IMG/VR virus record: IMGVR_UViG_3300025853_000058
Span: 1-64,000 of that record
Source: a virus
Length of the DNA stretch: 64,000 nt
Strand: one strand, 5' to 3'
The position numbers and the translations under genes were made by a program. Under the pieces are notes generated by a model. It was not told the origin of the DNA and did not search any database. It saw only the letters and a program-made list of their open reading frames with translations. Positions 56,792 to 64,000 of this stretch are shown here, one piece after another (the stretch's first letter is position 1; every line of letters starts with the position of its first letter).

Positions 56792-57372
56792 TGTGGTGGG
56801 ATATTCTTAAAGCCGCCAAGGTTAGCGGTAAAGCGAAGGGGAAGGGAACTTCATTTGATGCCTCCAAGATTAAGATTAACATAGATAAACCCGATGATTG
56901 CATAAAAAGAATGAAAGATATATTAGAAGGGACTTATGCTAATTTTCTTGATAATAGAATCGAAATTTATGATGATTTATTCTCGTTTGAACCTACGGAA
57001 CTTAAAAAACGAATATATAAGTTCATAGAGGATGCAGGGGAATCTACTATTTGTAAGATTCTTCGGTTTATAGATAGTTATGATTTGGAAGGCGGTTTGA
57101 AAAAATATTTAGACATGAGCCAAGATGAATTGAAAAAGGTGAGTGAAGGTGATGGCAAGTGGCAAGAAACATCTATTAAAAAGGAAAAAATAGATGGCTA
57201 CGATGTTGAAATTAATCTTACGGCAGGGATGAATGTAAGTAGAAGTATTGATATTAGTTTTAATTGTACAATTAACAATTCAATGGCCCGTGAAGCGCTT
57301 ATTTTTAACCAATGGGCTACAATGAAACTAAATCCTAATAGAATGTTGACTAATAATGATTGGAGGAAATGA
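56791..57372 (+). CDS. Long-leader paralog 4
   Basis: MWWDILKAAKVSGKAKGKGTSFDASKIKINID. Confidence 0.7.
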   Translation: MWWDILKAAKVSGKAKGKGTSFDASKIKINIDKPDDCIKRMKDILEGTYANFLDNRIEIYDDLFSFEPTELKKRIYKFIEDAGESTICKILRFIDSYDLEGGLKKYLDMSQDELKKVSEGDGKWQETSIKKEKIDGYDVEINLTAGMNVSRSIDISFNCTINNSMAREALIFNQWATMKLNPNRMLTNNDWRK

Positions 57373-57373
57373 T

Positions 57374-57538
57374 ATGAAATGGTGGAATATAATTAAAGGC
57401 TCATGTTGCGATGCTTGCGGCAACTTGAATAAGGAGAGCGGGGGTGTAGCGTTTGGTGGTCATGGCAACGACCCATCCAAGTTCAACATAAAGTACGGAG
57501 GTGACAAAGATGCCGAAGACGAAGAAAGCGACGATTAA
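57374..57538 (+). CDS. Small WxxIIK-leader protein
   Basis: Starts MKWWNIIKG; CCDAC. Confidence 0.55.
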   Translation: MKWWNIIKGSCCDACGNLNKESGGVAFGGHGNDPSKFNIKYGGDKDAEDEESDD

Positions 57539-58646
57539 CCTTAATGGTAGTAGTATTGAAATAGATGAATATAACTTTAAAAAGGACTACTTAATATGGA
57601 AAAAACAGTGTGAATCTGTTAGTAGCGAAGTTATGGCTAGCACCGGTAGTCCTCACATGAGAGGCGCATCTAAAAGAGGAAAATATCCTAAAAATTTATA
57701 TCTTCAAATGAAAGCCCATGTTGTAAAGTATTTAAGGTCAACTTCTAAAAATCCGGGAAATACCGGAACTTCTACAGTAATTGACCAGATAGATGAAAGC
57801 ATTTTAAATGTAGAAGTTTATACTCTTAAGCAACTAGATTTTCTAGAAGATTTATCTGTGGAGTTAGATGAAATATTAGATGTTGACAACATAAATCCCA
57901 GAAATACTTTATTTACTAGTATGAAGGGAGCAAAGCGTGGAGAAAAAATAAAATCTAAAGATGGCGAATCTGTTAGAGCCAAGTATAAAATGGAAGGTGG
58001 TGAAGAAGTACCCATTTATGGTCATTACCGTGACCCTTACTTTGAATTGAAATATGGGGAACCTGAAAAGAAAGGCTGGTGGTCTTATGAAAAAAATACT
58101 GCTAATCCACCATTAGCACAGGCTATTTATGGTAGCGGTGGTAAAGGAGAAAGTGTAGGAATCACCAAAGGGCTTGTTCAAATTTTAGAAGAAGCCTTAG
58201 AAGAAATACCTAAAAAGGGAAGCAACATAAACTTATCAGTTCAAAGAAAGTCGGGTTCTTTAGCGGCAATACCATCCGTTAGAAAAGCAGTATTTTCTTT
58301 ATTAGGTCGTGCTGATTTATTTTCAGGAGGAAAACCTAAACTAAAGCAAATGTCTTCTATATTACAAGGCATGGATTTTGTTGTGGGTGATAAATCTTAC
58401 GGCAGAAGAACTGCTAGTCCTTCTAATATCGTGACTTATGTTGGTAATTTACCAAAATTAGCAGGACCGGTAGATACCTTTAGACTTAATAGATTCGGTG
58501 CAACTGCTATGGCTTCTTTAATTTTGGCTGTTATAGGAAAGAAAACCTATCGCCTAAAAAATAATAACTACTTGGATATTAAAGGAAAAACTATTGTACC
58601 TAAAGAAGTAAAGAAGTCTTGGTCGGAAATGCTTTGGAGAGATTGA
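57501..58646 (+). CDS. Hypothetical basic protein (possible head protein)
   Basis: 381 aa ORF; C-terminal KKSWSEMLW echoes the leader motif. Confidence 0.6.
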   Translation: MTKMPKTKKATINLNGSSIEIDEYNFKKDYLIWKKQCESVSSEVMASTGSPHMRGASKRGKYPKNLYLQMKAHVVKYLRSTSKNPGNTGTSTVIDQIDESILNVEVYTLKQLDFLEDLSVELDEILDVDNINPRNTLFTSMKGAKRGEKIKSKDGESVRAKYKMEGGEEVPIYGHYRDPYFELKYGEPEKKGWWSYEKNTANPPLAQAIYGSGGKGESVGITKGLVQILEEALEEIPKKGSNINLSVQRKSGSLAAIPSVRKAVFSLLGRADLFSGGKPKLKQMSSILQGMDFVVGDKSYGRRTASPSNIVTYVGNLPKLAGPVDTFRLNRFGATAMASLILAVIGKKTYRLKNNNYLDIKGKTIVPKEVKKSWSEMLWRD

Positions 58647-58647
58647 T

Positions 58648-59307
58648 ATGACTATAACCCGCAAACGATGTGCCTTTTGTCAGCACGAACAAAGAGAAGA
58701 ACTTGAAGCGGCCATTGAGCAAGGCATGGCAAGTTGTGACGATTTAGATTCAAGAAACAATTGGAGAAGTGGTACTGCGGCCCAACATCAAAGAAATCAC
58801 ATGGGAGAATACACAAACAGTAGTAATCCAAAATGCAAGTTGTGTACCGACCCTATGAGAAAACACTACGAAGAAGCCCTTTCCAACGGTAATATTACAA
58901 CTGAGGCTATTTCTTCCGTCCTAGACCTCTCAAAAACACAGGTGCAACGCCACATGAAGCACCACTTGGCCCCATTGGTACAGCAATCTGCGGCCACCAT
59001 GATAGCGAAAAAGGAAGTAAATGAGATTGATTTGCTGAGTACGAATGTTCAACGATTAGATGACAAATTAAATGAACTATTCCTTAATACAGAATTAGAA
59101 CCAAGAGAGATTGATAGTCTTACTAAACTCGCAAAAGAAGTACGGGAGTCGCTAAAGTACCTTCTTGAGTTCAAAGGCAAACTTATTCACAAGCGACAAG
59201 ATACAATTATTGTCGCACAAATGCAGGTTGTTCAAGAAGTGTTAGCACAGAACAATCCTGAGATTTGGCTCGATATTAAGAAAAAGATGCAGGAGAGATT
59301 ACAATGA
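58648..59307 (+). CDS. Tandem Zn-HTH protein with coiled coil (possible terminase small subunit)
   Basis: Two CxxC...HxxxH units each containing an HTH-like segment, followed by helical oligomerisation-like region. Confidence 0.45.
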   Translation: MTITRKRCAFCQHEQREELEAAIEQGMASCDDLDSRNNWRSGTAAQHQRNHMGEYTNSSNPKCKLCTDPMRKHYEEALSNGNITTEAISSVLDLSKTQVQRHMKHHLAPLVQQSAATMIAKKEVNEIDLLSTNVQRLDDKLNELFLNTELEPREIDSLTKLAKEVRESLKYLLEFKGKLIHKRQDTIIVAQMQVVQEVLAQNNPEIWLDIKKKMQERLQ

Positions 59308-59504
59308 GTTGGAAAGAAGAAATTAAGAAAGAAGATTCAAAGACGAGTTTAGAAAGTTTGTTGCGAGAGATAAATAGAGATATGCAAAACCTTGACTCAA
59401 ATCCCGAAAAAGAATATAATTCAAGAATTATTAAAATTAAAATGTCAAGTTATAAGGAACAAGTAGAAAGAATTTTACAAAAAATGCAGGAGAGATTACA
59501 ATGA
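59304..59504 (+). CDS. W-leader cassette protein
   Basis: MSWKEEIKK...MQERLQ. Confidence 0.6.
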   Translation: MSWKEEIKKEDSKTSLESLLREINRDMQNLDSNPEKEYNSRIIKIKMSSYKEQVERILQKMQERLQ

Positions 59505-59782
59505 GTTGGAAAGAAGAAATTAAAAAACAGCCCGAACCCAAACATAAGTTTAGAGGTGGAAGTGCAGAATGCAAACAATGTAAAAACTTCTTTCCTTCTT
59601 CTACAAGAGAAAGTTCTCAAGAAGTCAAAGATAACTATAAATCTATGATGCAAACAGGAATGTGTAAGAAGTGTTTAGATAAGAGAATAGAGCGTAGCAA
59701 AGACACTACTACTGAATGGCCTATTGATAGGTTCGGTAATATGAAAGGACAGTGGCCTTCAAGAAGTAAGTTTAACAACTAA
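59501..59782 (+). CDS. W-leader cassette protein with zinc finger
   Basis: Starts MSWKEEIKK; CKQC...CKKC. Confidence 0.6.
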   Translation: MSWKEEIKKQPEPKHKFRGGSAECKQCKNFFPSSTRESSQEVKDNYKSMMQTGMCKKCLDKRIERSKDTTTEWPIDRFGNMKGQWPSRSKFNN

Positions 59783-59794
59783 GGAGAGATTACA

Positions 59795-60097
59795 ATGAAA
59801 TGGGAAGATATATTGAAAGAAGAAAAGAGAAGTGCAGAAGAAATTCTATCGGACTTAGCCGTAGATATGGCCTTTGGCGAGAATGATTTAGACGATGTGG
59901 CTAGAAATTTTAAAAGAAAGGGGTTCAAAACTTCTTTGGAATCTAATGAAATGATTAGTCTTTCCAAGAATGGAAAGTTGATTGGAACAATTGTGTTCAA
60001 TATGCCTTTGGATGAAAAAGGCTACCATGACGACCCAATAGAGGATATTTTAATGGGCGAAGAGGAAAGAAAAAATACTCTTGAAATGTTAGGTTGA
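59795..60097 (+). CDS. W-leader cassette protein
   Basis: Starts MKWEDILKE. Confidence 0.6.
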   Translation: MKWEDILKEEKRSAEEILSDLAVDMAFGENDLDDVARNFKRKGFKTSLESNEMISLSKNGKLIGTIVFNMPLDEKGYHDDPIEDILMGEEERKNTLEMLG

Positions 60098-60113
60098 TGC
60101 AGGAGAGATTACA

Positions 60114-60374
60114 ATGAGTTGGAAAGATATAATTAAAGAAGAAAGATATTTAAATCCAAAGGCTAAATCATTTGAACGCCGTTTTGGTGCTGATAATAAT
60201 ATGAAATTTATTATACAACAAAGGAATTTTTTAGAAGATACTTCTGCATTAACAAAAGAGCAGAAATTAAAATTGTTTGATGCTCTTGATGCTATGCGGC
60301 CCTTTGTTGGAAGAGATGATTTTTACGCAAAATACATAAAACCTTATCTTGAGATGCAGGAGAGATTACAATGA
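60114..60374 (+). CDS. W-leader cassette protein
   Basis: MSWKDIIKE...MQERLQ. Confidence 0.6.
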   Translation: MSWKDIIKEERYLNPKAKSFERRFGADNNMKFIIQQRNFLEDTSALTKEQKLKLFDALDAMRPFVGRDDFYAKYIKPYLEMQERLQ

Positions 60375-60742
60375 GTTGGAAAAATATATTGAAAGAAGAA
60401 AGAAACGAATATTCACAAAAAGATATTCTATTTCAAATAAACGAAATACCTTATGGGCAAACCACCGAACACGGCCCATTAGTCAGTGCTACTATTGATA
60501 GAGATGAATTAAGATTCGGTGTAGAGCAATCGGTAATAGGTAAAGTCATTAAATTACTGAAAGAGAATAAAAACGCTTACGAGAGGTTTGATAAAAAAAT
60601 GAGAGATAATTCTTATTCAATACTTGTTCGATATTCTAAGGATTTGGAAGAATCCGATGAACAATATGTTAAATTAGATAGGCTATTAAAACAAATAGTG
60701 GCTATTCTTAAAAGTTCTAAATACACTAAGAAGGTAATGTAA
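60371..60742 (+). CDS. W-leader cassette protein
   Basis: Starts MSWKNILKE. Confidence 0.6.
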   Translation: MSWKNILKEERNEYSQKDILFQINEIPYGQTTEHGPLVSATIDRDELRFGVEQSVIGKVIKLLKENKNAYERFDKKMRDNSYSILVRYSKDLEESDEQYVKLDRLLKQIVAILKSSKYTKKVM

Positions 60743-60776
60743 TTATTTTGGAGAAATAATTACAGGAGAGATTACT

Positions 60777-62738
60777 ATGATTCCCGAACCTAGTATCTTT
60801 TTTACTTGGCTTTCAGAAGAAAGCACAGTGAAAATTATCCTTGCTGGTAAAAAGGATGAAACACTTGGAACAAAAAACCAAGCATGGTTAAAAAAAATAA
60901 TAAATGAATTTGAATATGTTAATACTGTTAGTCAATTTTTTAATGAGTTAAAGAATTCATCAAACAATGATGCTCAAAAGATGTGGTTAGACTATACAAA
61001 ATTGAATAGTAAACTTTCTGGTAAAGACGCTAAGAAAAATTTAAGAAAAAAACTCTTTGATAATTTTAATAGAGTTGCTGATTCCATTTCAAGGACTCAA
61101 TACAGAAAAACATTCCAAGAATCAAAAAAAATTACTTTAGAGAATCCAAATAAGTCTAACCTAGAACAATTTTTCAATAAGATTGCCGAACAACTTAAAT
61201 TATCTTCACCGACTATTAGATACCCTTATGGTGAAAGACTCTCTAGATTATTTAGTAATGCTAAAGGCTTTCCAAGAGAGCAAAGAACTAAGGTATATTC
61301 TGCTTTTGTGAAAGAATTTACCTCAGATAATTCTGTGGATAATTTTTTAAATGTAAAAAACCCTACATTTGGTCATGTTTTGTTCTCTTTTTTTCTAAGT
61401 GAAGAATCTGGTATTAATAGCATAAGTGGATTTACTAAAGGAAGAGGTAAAGTTTTAACAGAAACAGGAACAAGTTCTTTAGAACTAGAAGTTTGGAGAA
61501 AAGTAGAGAGTTCTAGAGTAAAAAGTATAGAACTCCCTAAAAAATTAAAAGATGTTATTCGTAAAAAAGATATAACTTTGAGAACTTTTAGGCAAGAGTC
61601 TTTATTAGATAGACTTTTGCTAGATAGAGATACAAAATCTGCAAAATTAGATGAAGTTTCTGCTCAAGAATTGGAAACTAAGGAATATGATGCTAAAACA
61701 GGTTTAACTTCTCAAGATTTAGACAATTATTTTCACATTATGATGCACTATGTTGATAAAAAGGCAAAAGTTAGGCGTTTAGCACTGGTTCCTCGCTTAA
61801 ATTCAGTAAATATGGATAAAGTCGTAACATTTGGCAATAATAAATCCATTAGAACTTTACCTTTTATTAAATCTTTATTAGTTTTGCCAAATACTAACAG
61901 ATTATTTGAAAATTCAGCGAAGGATTTGTTGTCAAGTGGCTCTTTTAGTGTAGAACAGTTTGAAAACTACTTTAAAACTAAAAACCCTAAATATAATAAG
62001 TTTAACGATACTGAAAGGGACGGTATGCTTAGAGAATTTAGAACAATAAGACAGGAATCCGAGCAAAAATTAAAAATTCAACAGAATTTGATTATACCCA
62101 AAGAATATTTATTGGGTGAAACCTTAGATGAAGAAGAACAAGAACTGCTTAATAGCATGGATAAGATAGGTGACTCTTACTTAGCCACCACTAGAGAACA
62201 AAAAGAACTATATAGTGACTTAAAAGCAGACTTCGACAGAAAACAATCTAAGAACTCTTTCGCAATTGACTACAATACTGACCAAATTACAGAACTTTCC
62301 ATTGTTTCTATGATAGAACTTGCTAGAAAAAAGACCTCTAGCCTCAAAGATTTATTAAATATTAGAGATTTAAGGCAGTTTGAAGGTAAATCAGTGTCTA
62401 AGGCAGAAGCCATGATTATATCATTGTTTATAATTAATAAGATATTAGGGGTAAATATTGATAAAGAGGTGCAAAAAATTGACTCTTTGCTACCGGACTC
62501 CGCACAACCCTTAAGCGGTGGTACTCAATCCTTAGAACAAGCCGTTAATTCGTTAGCGAACAAGGTCGAAACTAACTTAAAACTGTTTCAAACTCAATAT
62601 ATTAAAGCATTAGAACAGCATTTGGTTAGTATTGTTCAAAATAAAGACAAATATGCAGGTATTTTAACAGGTAAAACCGCAGAACAACTAATAAAAGAAG
62701 GGCTATTAATAGAAAAAGGGGGTGAAAATGATGTATGA
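60777..62738 (+). CDS. Large Lys-rich hypothetical protein
   Basis: 653 aa ORF with GGAG RBS. Confidence 0.65.
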   Translation: MIPEPSIFFTWLSEESTVKIILAGKKDETLGTKNQAWLKKIINEFEYVNTVSQFFNELKNSSNNDAQKMWLDYTKLNSKLSGKDAKKNLRKKLFDNFNRVADSISRTQYRKTFQESKKITLENPNKSNLEQFFNKIAEQLKLSSPTIRYPYGERLSRLFSNAKGFPREQRTKVYSAFVKEFTSDNSVDNFLNVKNPTFGHVLFSFFLSEESGINSISGFTKGRGKVLTETGTSSLELEVWRKVESSRVKSIELPKKLKDVIRKKDITLRTFRQESLLDRLLLDRDTKSAKLDEVSAQELETKEYDAKTGLTSQDLDNYFHIMMHYVDKKAKVRRLALVPRLNSVNMDKVVTFGNNKSIRTLPFIKSLLVLPNTNRLFENSAKDLLSSGSFSVEQFENYFKTKNPKYNKFNDTERDGMLREFRTIRQESEQKLKIQQNLIIPKEYLLGETLDEEEQELLNSMDKIGDSYLATTREQKELYSDLKADFDRKQSKNSFAIDYNTDQITELSIVSMIELARKKTSSLKDLLNIRDLRQFEGKSVSKAEAMIISLFIINKILGVNIDKEVQKIDSLLPDSAQPLSGGTQSLEQAVNSLANKVETNLKLFQTQYIKALEQHLVSIVQNKDKYAGILTGKTAEQLIKEGLLIEKGGENDV

Positions 62739-64000
62739 GAACCTAGAAAAGTACCTAAATGACTATGAAAAGACACTAAAAAGTCGAAAATATAAGGCTT
62801 TATATACAAAATATGCATCAAATCTTTCCACTCTTAACGCCAATCTTAGTGAATTTGTCAGTGATTTGAGAGAAGAAGACTTAATGAATGATGATTTTAA
62901 TAATCTAAGCAGGTCAGAAAAAAGAAGTATTATGAATAAAATGAAGTCTGAGATAAAAAGATTTTATTCTAAAGAATCCCCTGTTAAACCAGCCCAATCA
63001 ACTGCAACTGCATCAATAAATGTACTAAATGAGTTTTTAAGAAAAAACCCTATAAGGACTTTGCTCAGTAGTTCTATTGTTAAATACAGTGGTAAAAAAA
63101 TAGATGCTAACTCTTTAGCAAGTCCTGATTTTAACCCTAATAATTTATCCGTTAGAAAGCCAAAGGAATTAGAAGTTCCTGAAATTAAAGAAGCAATTAA
63201 TAACTTTTTGAAAAATCCAGCGACTAAAGAATCACTTTTGAATATTAATGATTATGTTGAAGATAATTTAAGAAAACTAATTAGAGAGTTATCTGATTTA
63301 GTTAAGGATAACAAAATATTAATCCAAGATGTTGAAATTTTAGGAGATTTTGACCTTAATTTAAAAACAATATTTAACGACAGAACATTAAGAAGTTTTG
63401 ATAAAAGGTCAGAAACATATAATTATTGGCGAGGAATATTTGGTAGAATTGATAATAAACTAATTCCAACTCTCAAAAAATTATCAGCCGAGTTAGAAAA
63501 AACTAATTCTGAAGAAAAAGCATTAGTTGATATGAAAAGGTTTCTCGATGGCGACATTAGTGATTTAAATTATGTTTCTAAATATGAATACTCTATGGTG
63601 GGAGTTAAAGACTTAGATGTTTTGGCTTGGGAATTATTTTCAAGGTATTTAACTTTGATTGGTGGAATAATGGAATCCACCAAAAATAGAAATCCTACTG
63701 AAGCCATAAGAGGTTTTGTTCGTGATGCAAATAGGGCCGCAGTTGCAAGTGGCGACCAACGAGAAGATGAAGATTATGATGAAGCAACGGGTGAAAGGTT
63801 AGAAGACATTGCTAATGACCGAGTTAAGGAGTTTAGAAATGATATGGAACAGCAACCTATGGACCCATTAGCAATAATTTACTTGGATGAAGTTTTAGAA
63901 GGAGTAGGTACGGTTTCTGGAAATGTGGTTTCATTAAAAAACAAAATGCGAAAATATTTTGACGACCTCTATGAAAATAATGATAAGCCTAAATTAGAAG
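62728..64000 (+). CDS. Large hypothetical protein, 3'-partial (not in ORF track)
   Basis: GGTGA RBS, MMYENLEKYLND...; frame appears open to the window end. Confidence 0.65.
   Translation, partial: MMYENLEKYLNDYEKTLKSRKYKALYTKYASNLSTLNANLSEFVSDLREEDLMNDDFNNLSRSEKRSIMNKMKSEIKRFYSKESPVKPAQSTATASINVLNEFLRKNPIRTLLSSSIVKYSGKKIDANSLASPDFNPNNLSVRKPKELEVPEIKEAINNFLKNPATKESLLNINDYVEDNLRKLIRELSDLVKDNKILIQDVEILGDFDLNLKTIFNDRTLRSFDKRSETYNYWRGIFGRIDNKLIPTLKKLSAELEKTNSEEKALVDMKRFLDGDISDLNYVSKYEYSMVGVKDLDVLAWELFSRYLTLIGGIMESTKNRNPTEAIRGFVRDANRAAVASGDQREDEDYDEATGERLEDIANDRVKEFRNDMEQQPMDPLAIIYLDEVLEGVGTVSGNVVSLKNKMRKYFDDLYENNDKPKLE

Larger units (their letters stand above)
59287..60779 (+). repeat. Six dispersed direct repeats (ATGC)AGGAGAGATTAC(A/T)ATG at gene junctions
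   Basis: Copies at 59287, 59484, 59782, 60097, 60354 and 60763. Confidence 0.85.

Noticed and set aside
54928-57372. Diversity-generating retroelement as the source of paralog variation
   Set aside because: No reverse transcriptase in the window and no adenine-specific template/variable repeat pair seen.
59287-60779. CRISPR or mini-array interpretation of the direct repeats
   Set aside because: Intervals are 200-400 bp, uneven and protein-coding, and the repeat is an RBS plus start codon.
1-64000. Alternative genetic code or integrated provirus
   Set aside because: Genes are full-length and densely packed under the standard code, and no integrase or host flanking genes are visible.

Overview
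This is about 64 kb of an AT-rich tailed archaeal virus genome, most consistent with a magrovirus-type virus of Marine Group II Euryarchaeota (Poseidoniales). The host is inferred from gene content and has not been checked by search. Layout: (i) 1-12.7 kb (+), tail module with tape measure, LamG protein, a 2188-aa tail tip protein and fibre; (ii) 12.8-48.9 kb (-), replication and metabolism block with DEDD exonuclease, MCM-like helicase, ERCC4 nuclease, fused PriS-PriL primase, Cas4-like nuclease, split PolB, PCNA, RPA, RFC, ligase, histone-fold protein(s), GroEL/GroES, TFB, class II RNR, UvrD and two tRNAs; (iii) 49-52.6 kb, control region with a candidate origin and repeated ACCATATGGT-anchored promoters; (iv) 52.6-64 kb (+), an array of about 15 mostly unrelated genes sharing an N-terminal W-x-x-I-L-K leader, several separated by nucleotide direct repeats. 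The two strongest candidates for an undescribed system are a virus-encoded ubiquitin-like conjugation set (Ubl ending in GG, minimal E1/ThiF, JAB protease, possible E2) and the leader-tagged cassette array, proposed to encode capsid-packaged internal proteins. All calls come from reading motifs by eye; no searches were run.
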